A stretch of 40,159 nt of DNA from Nemertoderma westbladi (Eukaryota > Animalia > Xenacoelomorpha), in contig JAUCBJ010001751.1 in assembly GCA_032718475.1 (NCBI GenBank), forward strand, positions 1 to 40,159, written 5' to 3'. The translations under genes and the position numbers were made by a program. The notes beneath the pieces were generated by a model. That model worked only from the letters and a program-made list of their open reading frames with translations, made no database searches and was not told the origin of the DNA. Positions 10,573-20,535 of this stretch are shown in pieces; the first letter of the stretch is position 1; the number at the start of each line of letters is the position of its first letter.

Positions 10573-10743
10573 TTGGAGAGATATGAGATATTAATTTCAA
10601 GAAAAAATTACGCGATTCCTAAATTTGTACACTACCCGGTTAAAAAGTACGCATGTGATGGGATTAGTCCTACAATTGCGCCAATAAAAGATAAGTACGG
10701 TGGCTGAAAGCGGCCAAACAATATTAATTAAGCGTTTTTTTTT

Positions 10744-11007
10744 AATTTCAACCCGGGTTGAAAATAATATCAACCCGGGTTGAAAATAATATCAACCCGG
10801 GTTGAAAATAATATCAACCCGGGTTGAAAATAATATCAACCCGGGTTGAAAATAATATCAACCCGGGTTGAAAATAATATCAACCCGGGTTGAAAATAAT
10901 ATCAACCCGGGTTGAAAATAATATCAACCCGGGTTGAAAATAATATCAACCCGGGTTGAAAATAATATCAACCCGGGTTGAAAATAATATCAACCCGGGT
11001 TGAAATT
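10744..11007. repeat. Tandem array, 12 x 22 bp, palindromic core
   Basis: Unit CAACCCGGGTTGAAAATAATAT starts every 22 bp from 10749 to 10991. Core TCAACCCGGGTTGA is a 14-bp palindrome. Internal copies are identical. Confidence 0.95.
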
Positions 11008-11032
11008 ATCATTCGAGGCTAAGACCCCAAGA

Positions 11033-11356
11033 TCCCTTCCTATAATAAATGTATAGTAAGAATTGTTGGCTGACTGGCTGACTGACTGGCTGGCTGACTG
11101 ACTGACTGACTGATCTACAGCCAAAACTACTCTAACGATTTTGATGAAATTTTCACAGTGGCTAGATACCGCGATTCTAAGGTCCCTGGTATGTTCCGCT
11201 ATTTCGTCCATGAGCCATGGGCTCGAAAAATAGACATAAACGAAAAAAACGCCATTGGCGCAATGGTAAAATAACACCAATAACAGCTTGTTGATGGAAT
11301 TTACATTTGATTGATGACTTCCGACTTGCTTAACGGCGTCTTGACGCCGTCTCTAG
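11033..11356 (+). mobile_element. Short non-autonomous Helitron
   Basis: A|TC 5' end (TCCCTTCCTATAATAAATG) and an internal (CTGA/CTGG)n tract. 3' hairpin ACGGCGTC-TT-GACGCCGT (11333-11350) followed by CTAG|T. No TSD. Confidence 0.8.
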
Positions 11357-12362
11357 TTATATATATTTATGTTTTTTGATACATTTAAGTATGCTTTTGT
11401 TCAGATTGTCAGGTCTTAATTTACTTTCACTTTCATTATTATACCGCTGTACCGGTACCAGTACTGTAATAGTAAAAGGGCTCAAAATGGGATTATATGG
11501 GATTACATTTTGTGCATACTAATCCTGTAATCTTGCCAATTATTTACACTATAGTAGGTTAAGCATCAAGCTGTCAAGCATAGGCCTACTGCCTGACTGT
11601 CGAACTGTCTGACAGCTGCACAACCGGATTGTCATTTCCTTATGTATGACAATGTGAACTTTCAGTTTGAGTTTTGGTACCTACAGTCAGACAGTGGTAC
11701 TGCATCAGTGCATACTGTGCTAAATTAGTAAATACTCTAAACGGCTGACCGCCGTGACCGTACCAGGATGCCGGTAAATACAGAAAAATAATTTATAGTA
11801 TTTAACACAGTCAGACTGTAGGCCTACTGTCTAACGGTAGGGCCTAACTTCAGTGCCGGACCGGTACCTACCGGTATCAAAAATTTGGTACCGGTACAGT
11901 CAGGTTGTCAGGGTGTACCGGTAGTAATTCTGTACCGCATATCAGCAGATCAGCATATTGCTGTATGCTGGTATGGCTCAAACAGCCAAAACACAACTAC
12001 TGAACTAATCACACTACCGATAAATCAAAACAACTGAACAAATCACTGAATCACACCAGATCACAAACTGACAAACCAAATCACAAACTGACAAAGCAAA
12101 TTACAAAATAAAACACAAAAAAGCCAGCCCCCCTCCCCACTCCCCCCCTGGCAGCCTGGTTAGAATTCACTAGAGTATTTTAACCGGCTGACCGGGGGTG
12201 GGTACTACCGTACCCCCAGGCCCACGGGCATCCGGTGGGGTGTGTGTGTGTAGTGTGCGCTGTGCCGTGTGTCAGTGTGTGTGTACCGACCGTCAGACCG
12301 TGCTGTGGCTGTCTGGCTGCCGTGTGCGTGTACAGGTGTACCACTACCGGTACCAGACTACC

Positions 12363-12644
12363 ATGTCGCAGTGTCCGAGTGGATACGGCGCCTGAACTGC
12401 TTACACAATAGTGTTTGGTGGTGCAGGCTCGAATCCGACTAAAGGCTGTATAAATTTCGCACTGTTGTGTCCCTAGGCAAGACACTTTAGACATTAGTGC
12501 CTACGTCAACCCAGCGGTATAATGGGAACCTGGCTTTGCTGGGGTAATGATAATAAAAGCGCTTTGAGTATGCCATTATGCTGAGCATAGAAAAGCGCTA
12601 TATAGATATAAATAACCAATATTATTATTATTATTATTATTATT
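12363..12644 (+). mobile_element. tRNA-derived CORE-type SINE with L2-like 3' tail
   Basis: A box GTGTCCGAGTGG and B box GGCTCGAATCC. CORE-like GTTGTGTCCCTAGGCAAGACACTTTA...ATAATGGGAACC. Tail AAAGCGCTTTGAG...GAAAAGCGCTATATA then (TAT)n. Possible TSD ACTACC (12357-62, 12645-50). Confidence 0.85.
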
Positions 12645-13826
12645 ACTACCGCTCAGCCACTGATATGCCTGTTAAGCTGCATCATGCCAGTCATGCAGTT
12701 GGGGAGAAGTTCTATTTCAGTAGCCTACCGGTAGGCCTATGCTATATTTTCAACAGAGTTGAAATTTCAACTTTAGGCATATTTTTTCAAATTCAACTTA
12801 TGGAGAAGGATTTAATTCATAAAAACAATAACGACACCCCTTCTGCTGTTCTGTTTATGTTGTGAAAGTTATATACTGGTAACGATGGTTAATTTTCCGA
12901 GTTACATCAATAAAAACACCCCTTCTGTCAGTCTGTCATGTCTTGGGGGCCTTCTGGCAGTCTGGCATCTGGGCCACCTGCCATTTTAGGGTTTAATATT
13001 TATACCGGTGCCTTAAAATTGAAATTGTTAAAGTTAGGTGTTGTGTATGTTGTTAAAGTGAAATTAAAGTTGAAATTTGAACTTCTCCCCGACTGCGACA
13101 GCTTGGGGGCTTCTGGGCCTCCTGCAATTTTAAGGCTGAATTTACAAATTAAAAGTTTAATTTAAACAAGTTTTAAATTTCAACTCAGCTGAAATTTGAA
13201 CTTCATCCCGACTTGGGGGGGGGGGGGGGCTGAGCTGGCAAACTATATTTTCTAAACCGGTACTTTTGTAAATTTTGCGAAAAAATATTTTTTTTAATTA
13301 TTGACATGACAACAATTTTTGTTTGAAGTTCTTAAACTCCAAATACTGACATCTGGTTGCATACTTGACACTTGTGCGCCGACCTCATAAGTCTACATGG
13401 ACTATCACTGTATCAGTCATCTTCAGGCCAGGTTGGAATTCATGCTGCAAAACTCGGACGCGTACCTGCGCGAATGACCGCAAACCAGATGCGCGTTGCA
13501 CGTTTGGGTGAGACAGGTGCGCGTTGCGCCTCAGCGCACAGCTCTGATCCCTCTGATGCGCACCACAAATTAATTGAAATCACGAAAATACACAAAAAAA
13601 ATTCGCTCGCTTCGCTCGCATTAGTTTCTCATTTCCAATTCTTCAAACAGTTAAATCACTTCACCATAATACTGTAATACCGGCAACCGGAGCTGAATTT
13701 GTCTATTTATTTTAACTACAGTACTCTATTGTTGTATTGTTATTAGGTCTATGCTATGCCGATGTTATGTTAGTAAACAGGTAAAGTCAGAAAGTAACAA
13801 TGTATTATAAGTATGACTTAATTATA

Positions 13827-14969
13827 GGGTAAATCTTTTCGACCTACGCGTAGGCCTACGCGTAGCTACGCGTAGCTACGCGTAGTTTGTAACTTCCATT
13901 CCTGTCATTTACCGGTAGGGCCAGACTTACTGCCTTTTCAACAACTACGCGTAGGTGTTTTAAAACTACGCGTAGTTATTTTGGAACTACGCGTAGGTAT
14001 TTTGAAACTACGCGTAGGTGCTACGCGTAGCTACGCGTAGGTGCTACGCGTAGCAGTCCTGATAACAATGATTTTTCATTTCAGGTCCGGTAGGGTTGAG
14101 TTGTTAGGCAAGTATCGGTATATGTCAGGTATCTGATTATCAGACAAATGTAATAACAGAATCGGAAACTCATATCTCTACATACAGCACTGGTAATAAA
14201 TAACATTCGGCTCTTTCACATACAAACACAGAGGATGAATAAAAAGTAAACTTAAAATTCACGTCTCATGATTCAAGTATCTTTGTTTCCATTGGATTTT
14301 TTAAATATTGAACAGTAGTAAATAAAGCGACCAGTCTACCGGTGAAGAGGTTAAGCGAAAGATGATAAATACTGCATATAATCAAATTGTTTGGTCAAAT
14401 AACAAGTGCAACCAATCATGGTAGACAATTTAGTCTCCCCCTTCCCTTGTCAAGGGGTTAACATATTAAATACAGTATCCTTGCCCTATCGTGAACAAAG
14501 GCAATAAAAAGCATAGAGAATCGATAATAACCATCGGCCTATTTCCTTTGTAAACTATTTTTGAACTCTAAACATTAATTATTAACACATTTTACCGCCC
14601 GCAACGCATGAAGTGAAGAATATGTAGTCTTCGCGTATTCCTCTATATAGAGTATACAGGTATAGGATACATTACTGTTGAAAGCATTTGATGGTTGTGG
14701 GTTGTTTATTGAACATACCGTATTGTGTCTTATTTTAGTACTGACTCGCTTGGAATACGTAAGCCTACTAATGATAAACGACGTATAGGCATAGTTATGG
14801 GTAGCACCTATGCGTAGGTCGCGTAGGACCTACGCGTAGCTACGCGTAGCACCTACGCGTAGTTATTGTTAAAACTCTGAAACTGGTGATATATGACCCA
14901 ATGTTGCGAACTACGCGTAGCTACGCGTAGCTACGCGTAGGCCTACGCGTAGGTCGAAAAGATTTACCC
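13827..14969. mobile_element. Nested non-autonomous TIR element with CTACGCGTAG palindrome arrays (superfamily uncertain)
   Basis: ~60-bp TIRs GGGTAAATCTTTTCGACCTACGCGTAGGCCTACGCGTAG... 8-bp duplication TAATTATA (13819-26, 14970-77). Many subterminal copies of the 10-bp palindrome CTACGCGTAG. Confidence 0.85.
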
Positions 14970-15220
14970 TAATTATAAGCCAACTGTATGTTTAAGCCTA
15001 ATTGTTCGGTAGGCCTATACAAAGTATTGCTGGCAGACTGGTACCGGTACCTATTTCAATATTCGTTTTTTTGAAATTACATGTTTTGTTTGTAATCTAA
15101 AATAATATTTTCTGTTATAAAAGCAGTGAGCCCGATGGGCCACCACAGTAGTGGATTATAAAAATATTTTTTAATATTAACAATTTTGATGTTGCAAAAA
15201 TTACATTTATTATGTAAGCC

Positions 15221-15221
<1 letters not shown>

Positions 15222-15257
<36 letters not shown>
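15222..15257. repeat. (AGAC)9 microsatellite
   Basis: Direct reading. Confidence 0.95.
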
Positions 15258-16424
15258 GTAAAGATAAGCTTAAAACGCTCAAACTTGTAAAATAGAAATG
15301 TAAAATTGTTCTTATGAACAGTGCGATTTTTTGAGATATGCATGACATGAGCTGCGCGATTTTGTATGGATTATAATGAGCTGCGCGACGAGCCAATTTC
15401 AGGTGCGCGGTGATTTCAAAACAACAAAGCGTACCTGCGCGCTCATGCATGAATTCCAACCTGGTCTTCAGGGAGTCAGAAGTAGAACCTTCGGTGTTCT
15501 GGCGGTGTATCAGCTGATCAGGATGACCATCCCCGCATGCTGCTTCGCTGCATCTGTGATAGGTGACTGATATCCTCTGGTCATCCCCTACTGCCATACT
15601 GAATATCCTTAAATTTCTGAATTTATACAGTTATAGACATTATGTTTTGCAAGGCAGCAAAGCAAGTGAGCAATGTTAATCTATTTAATAAAAAAAAACC
15701 TATAAAACCTAAAGGTTTTTTTAAATAACCTATGCAAAAAACCTAAACCTAGGCCTATTTTTTTTCTTTAAAAACCCTAATTTTTTTCCATGTTATTTCG
15801 CTGTTGCCAGTCAGATTTTTATTTACTCTAAATAATACCAGTACTGTAATAATTGAGTACCGGTACTTTAACTGTTTAATTTACTATAAAATTTAGCAGC
15901 GATGAAGCATAATAGCCTATACCGGTACTTTCCCAAAAATCCAAAGGGTTCTTCCCCAAAGAAAGTAAAGTGTTAGAGATAGTTGCCGTAATTCTGTAAT
16001 TATTGCATATTGCTATTGGCATCTGTACTGCTAATATGAGAGAGCAGTATCACCAGTATTAGTATTTAGAATGCTAGAATGGAATGGCTGTGATTGGCTA
16101 GTTTGTGCATGAACAATCTAGACTGTCATAGGTCAGTAGTATCACAGTCACCAGTCATGTCTGTCAATTTTACACTCAACTGATCAGTAGGCCTCTTTGT
16201 TTCTTTCTTTCTCTTATTTGATTTTGGTGGATATGAAATTATATATCTGTATATTGGTATTTTCAATTTGTGAGGGCAAGTCTGGTAGTCTGGATGGATA
16301 TGATGTTTAATAAATACTATACAGCTATACTAGATTTAGAAGTTAATAAATAAGGTATGCAGGTCCCAGTACAAACATCTACACATACGTCAGGACTGTA
16401 ATACCACGAAAGGACAACTAAAGT

Positions 16425-19400
16425 ATGCCTGTCGATTTTGATGTGAAAGAATTCTGTCTTAACCTCCAGGCTACTAAGCCGCCCTATTACTGCCCTGTTA
16501 GAGGTTGTGCGAAGCGGTATCTGAGCTCCAATGGGTTGCAATCCCACATGTTAAACGTCGACCACGATGCTCAGCAAACCGACGAGGGTACGCCTCATAG
16601 TGGCCGGAGCACCCCGCTTAGTAACCGGAAACGGCGCCGTAAAACTGCGCTCATTAGCTTGAGGAAAACGAAAAAGCCAGTGTATTCCCGTCCCCCATCC
16701 CCTGCCGTGGACTATCGCCCTCAGTTTCAGAATACAAACTTAACTTACGAAGAATCTCAAAGAATTGTCGAAGTCGATATCAGTGGGAAAACTTATAGAA
16801 TCGATATCCACCTTCCTTTAAGTGTTGACTACGTCGATCCTGAACCTGTGGTGGAAGATGACGCCCTGAAACCAACAAATAAAGATGACAAATCTCCTGA
16901 GAGGCCGCATAATGTGGATAAAGGGTCGAAGTTTGTTAAACAAATGGAAACACCGACAATACCGAGGCAATCAGAAGCAAAGCAGACAGTCCCAGAAGCA
17001 CATTATCGTCTGTTAACTAGCCCAATACAACTACCGGAAATAGGGGAAAGAAATACTGAATATTACAAGCATGTTGGTAAGAGTGACAGACAGTTGGACG
17101 AGGAAATTGAGTACGATATGGATGAGGAAGATCATGCCTGGTTGGAGATTATAAACGGGGAAAGACAGAAGAAAAAACTGTCGATGGTTGGCCAGGACTT
17201 ATTCGAGGGGTTGATGGATCGTTTGGAAAAGGAATCTTACTTTGAGTCGTGTAGCAATGGCAACGCTAACCAGTCCGTTATTGACGAGGACGCTGTCTGC
17301 AATATCTGTAACGACGGAGAGTGCGCCAACAGTAACGTTATTCTATTCTGCGACATGTGCAATCTACCTGTGCACCAAGAGTGCTACGGTGTTCCATACA
17401 TTCCAGAAGGGCAGTGGCTATGCCGTCGGTGCCTGCAGTCGCCATCGCGGGGAGTAGATTGCGTCCTGTGCCCCAATAAAGGCGGGGCTTTTAAACAGAC
17501 CGACGATGGGCGCTGGGCCCACGTGGTCTGCGCGCTCTGGGTTCCCGAGGTCTGCTTCGCTAACTCAGTGTTTCTAGAACCCATCGATAGTATTAAAGCG
17601 ATCCCCCCTGCCCGTTGGCGTCTTAACTGCTACATATGTCGGCAGCGTGGCTCTGGTGCGTGTATTCAATGCCACAAAGCCAACTGCTACACGGCTTTCC
17701 ATGTGACCTGCGCCCAACAGGCTAATCTTCATATGAAGATGGAGCAGGTTAACGAGTGCGAGCTCTCTGGTGGGACAGTGGCCGTTAGGAAGACGGCCTA
17801 CTGCGATCTGCACACGCCGGTGGGCTCCGAGTGCAAACCTATCATCGATTCGACCAACGATGGAGTCATAATAACGGAGGAGAAACGCAAACAGATGCGA
17901 CAGGCTCGTCGAACTCTGGCCGAGAAACGGTCCGCGGTCCCGTTGGTTTCCATTCCATTCATTCCACCCTCCAAGATTAAAAAAATACTAATTGGTTGTA
18001 CGCTACAGAAAAAGGATGAATTTATGACGAGACTTCAAGCGTATTGGTTACTGAAGCGCCAATCGAGAAACGGAGTTCCGTTACTGCGACGCCTCCAAAC
18101 GAGCCACGGAAGTGGGCGCGCGACGCAGGTGGAAACGGCGGACCAGAGCGCGTACCGCAGTCAGCTGCGTTTCTGGAAACGATTGCGACAGGACTTGGAG
18201 CGATCGCGATTACTGGTGGAACTTATACGGAAGCGCGAGAAGCTGAAGAGAGAGCAGATGAAGGTTAAACAACTGATACTGGATTACCAGTTGCAACCCT
18301 TCTCTCTGCTGCTCAAGCGAACTCTCGACTTGTTACAGGCCAAAGACACTCAGAAGGTATTCGTGGAGGCCGTAGATCCTGAAGCCGTTCCAGATTATTA
18401 CGTCGTCGTCTCGGAGCCAATGGACTTCGCGGAAATGAGGAGGAAGGTAGAGGAACACGTGTACGTGTCGTTCGATCAGTTCGAACACGACTTCGGGTTG
18501 ATTGTCGATAATTGTTTAACCTACAATAACAAGGACACCATGTATTACAGATGCGCTACGTTCCTGCGGGAGAAGGGCGGTGCGATCGTGAGACACGCCC
18601 GTCGGCTGGTGCAGACCATCGGCGTGGACGAACCGACCGGGATGCATCGCGAGCCGATCGCACCGCAGACTTTCGCCGATCGCAACAGCGGCGACATTCT
18701 GGATGAAATCGATTCGGCGCTCAATAAGGAGAACCGCGACTCGTTGTCGTTGAAGGAGCAGTTGAAGGTGTTTCTGGACCTGTTGGACCGGGGGATGATT
18801 CAGGGTGTTGGAATAAAGAAGAATAAACGGTTAAAGGTATTGCGGATAGAGATCGGTACATTGCGACGCAGACTCGCGCAGGAGCGGGATCGCAAGCTGC
18901 GCGAGTTACTGGCCAGTCGCAGCGAGACGGAGAGTGATTCTAGAACGCCGTCGCCCAAGAAACGGACCTCGTCTACGCCCAAGAAGAAACGTCGCACTCC
19001 GGCCAGTTGTAAGAAAGACGAAGGCATGGCGCAGTCGGTTGGTAAGTCGGTAACAGACAGCGGGTCTGAGGCGTCCTTCAGGGTCCCTCTACCGGCGCCG
19101 TTACGAATCGATATAAATCCATATTGGCCGCAAATCAACGGGAGTCTAACGCCGCGCCGCAGTTCCCGTAAGAGTCCCGCCAATAGGAACATCAACGAGT
19201 TCGTGTATGAGCCACCCACCAGAAGAAGCAGTTCGTTTGCCGTCCACAAGGCGGCGCTGGAGTCAAGGGCCAATGCGTTTACGAGCCACAGGGGGGCGCA
19301 GCAGTCGGGTTCCTTTACTGGACACCAGGCGGGGTTGGATACGGACTTCTTCGATTCGTACGACGAGGAGTCTGAGCCGGGATCGGGGCCGGCGTCCCCG

Positions 19401-20402
19401 GTCCATCGCACGCGCAGACTCCCCGAGACCGCGCATCTCATGGCGCCGTACGTGCGCGGCAGTGGCGATAGCTTCACGCGCTACCGAAACGAACGCAGTT
19501 TAATTCTTAGCAACTCCGAGAGCGAAATGGATCGGAGGCGGAGCTCGTCGGATAGCGATGAGGAATCGACGGGGGAGGAGTCCGGGACCGACGGGGAGGA
19601 TGAGGTCTCGAACCTCTCCGGGAAAACGTTCGGGAAGCCGAGACTCGGGAAGTCCGCGGGTCTCGGTGTCTCCGATCTCAGTGAGTTCAAGGAGCGCGCC
19701 CCGCAACCACTGGATATAGTGTGGGCGAAGTGCCGCGGTTACCCGTCTTACCCCGCCCTGGTTATAGACCCGGAAGTGCCGCGTATGGGAGTCGCACATA
19801 ACGGCGTCCCCATCGCGGTACCGCCCTTGGAGGTGCTTGCCAGGCGACCTACCGACGGCTGCAAGGATTATTACCTCGTCCTGTTTTTCGATACGAAACG
19901 CACGTGGCAGTGGCTCCCGGCGGATAAACTTTGTCCGTTTGGTATCGACGCCAGCCACGATAAGGCGCGGTTGCTGGAGGGGCGCCATTGCGCGGCTAGG
20001 AGTTCCGTTAAAGGCGCGTACTCTCGGGCTCTGGAGCACATGGAGGCCGTCGCCGACCCTGGTTACGATGACGACGAAGTCTTTATGGAAGTTGCCAACG
20101 GGAAATCCGCGGGGAATCCTATGGAATCCCGCTGGAACGCGCTCTCGGAGAAAATTACTAACAGCAGTGAATACCGACCTGGACTGACTAACGGCATGGC
20201 AGAGCAATCGGTTGAGAGCAAAGCGAGTGAAACCGACGGTGCAGAGGCCCGTTACGAACCACTGATAAGCGAGGAGAGCGAACGGGACTCTGGGATGAGC
20301 AATGGGTTCGTTAGAGGGACCAGGACGTTCTCTCGCACTGCTCCATTTATTAATGGTAACTCTCATCCCCAGGATAGCAAAAATAATGCAGATAGTAGCT
20401 AA
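16425..20402 (+). CDS. BRPF1: BRPF/peregrin family bromodomain-PHD-PWWP scaffold of MOZ/MORF acetyltransferase complexes, 1325 aa, single ORF
   Basis: N-terminus MPVDFDVKEFCLNLQATKPPY with a C2H2 finger. EPC-like EYDMDEEDHAWL...MDRLEKESYF. PZP module (CNICNDGEC...NVILFCDMCNLPVHQECYGVPYIPEGQWLCRRC). Bromodomain (VPDYY...PMDF...NCLTYN). PWWP (VWAKCRGYPSYPAL). Confidence 0.96.
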   Translation: MPVDFDVKEFCLNLQATKPPYYCPVRGCAKRYLSSNGLQSHMLNVDHDAQQTDEGTPHSGRSTPLSNRKRRRKTALISLRKTKKPVYSRPPSPAVDYRPQFQNTNLTYEESQRIVEVDISGKTYRIDIHLPLSVDYVDPEPVVEDDALKPTNKDDKSPERPHNVDKGSKFVKQMETPTIPRQSEAKQTVPEAHYRLLTSPIQLPEIGERNTEYYKHVGKSDRQLDEEIEYDMDEEDHAWLEIINGERQKKKLSMVGQDLFEGLMDRLEKESYFESCSNGNANQSVIDEDAVCNICNDGECANSNVILFCDMCNLPVHQECYGVPYIPEGQWLCRRCLQSPSRGVDCVLCPNKGGAFKQTDDGRWAHVVCALWVPEVCFANSVFLEPIDSIKAIPPARWRLNCYICRQRGSGACIQCHKANCYTAFHVTCAQQANLHMKMEQVNECELSGGTVAVRKTAYCDLHTPVGSECKPIIDSTNDGVIITEEKRKQMRQARRTLAEKRSAVPLVSIPFIPPSKIKKILIGCTLQKKDEFMTRLQAYWLLKRQSRNGVPLLRRLQTSHGSGRATQVETADQSAYRSQLRFWKRLRQDLERSRLLVELIRKREKLKREQMKVKQLILDYQLQPFSLLLKRTLDLLQAKDTQKVFVEAVDPEAVPDYYVVVSEPMDFAEMRRKVEEHVYVSFDQFEHDFGLIVDNCLTYNNKDTMYYRCATFLREKGGAIVRHARRLVQTIGVDEPTGMHREPIAPQTFADRNSGDILDEIDSALNKENRDSLSLKEQLKVFLDLLDRGMIQGVGIKKNKRLKVLRIEIGTLRRRLAQERDRKLRELLASRSETESDSRTPSPKKRTSSTPKKKRRTPASCKKDEGMAQSVGKSVTDSGSEASFRVPLPAPLRIDINPYWPQINGSLTPRRSSRKSPANRNINEFVYEPPTRRSSSFAVHKAALESRANAFTSHRGAQQSGSFTGHQAGLDTDFFDSYDEESEPGSGPASPVHRTRRLPETAHLMAPYVRGSGDSFTRYRNERSLILSNSESEMDRRRSSSDSDEESTGEESGTDGEDEVSNLSGKTFGKPRLGKSAGLGVSDLSEFKERAPQPLDIVWAKCRGYPSYPALVIDPEVPRMGVAHNGVPIAVPPLEVLARRPTDGCKDYYLVLFFDTKRTWQWLPADKLCPFGIDASHDKARLLEGRHCAARSSVKGAYSRALEHMEAVADPGYDDDEVFMEVANGKSAGNPMESRWNALSEKITNSSEYRPGLTNGMAEQSVESKASETDGAEARYEPLISEESERDSGMSNGFVRGTRTFSRTAPFINGNSHPQDSKNNADSS

Positions 20403-20535
20403 AATATATATTTATTTCTTTATCTATAATTTACTTAATTAATTAATTATTGTTCTCTGGTATCGGAATTATATTTTTGTTTATGTGTATTTTGTGTTTG
20501 TCTATTTTGTTTGTTTAATTATTGTGGTTTGTAAA

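Larger units (their letters stand above)
10257..10696. repeat. Perfect 128-bp inverted repeat enclosing the tRNA-head/hammerhead unit
   Basis: 10257-10384 is the reverse complement of 10569-10696 (TGGTTTGGAGAGATATGAG...GCGCCAATAAAAGATAAGT). No mismatch found by eye. Confidence 0.93.
13428..15464. mobile_element. Non-autonomous hAT-like DNA transposon
   Basis: Perfect 18-bp TIRs CCAGGTTGGAATTCATGC / GCATGAATTCCAACCTGG. Perfect 8-bp TSD TCTTCAGG (13420-27, 15465-72). Confidence 0.88.

Noticed and set aside
10696-10720. TACGGTGGC... resembling a DNA transposon left end
   Set aside because: No matching right TIR or TSD found nearby.
10744-11007. CRISPR-like array of palindromic repeats
   Set aside because: Linkers are identical and only 8 bp, there are no unique spacers or cas genes, and the context is eukaryotic. 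The same applies to the 34/35-bp and 36-bp arrays.
18800-20366. Long antisense ORFs (225 and 288 aa) within BRPF1
   Set aside because: Expected by-product of a GC-rich coding strand, with no recognisable domain.
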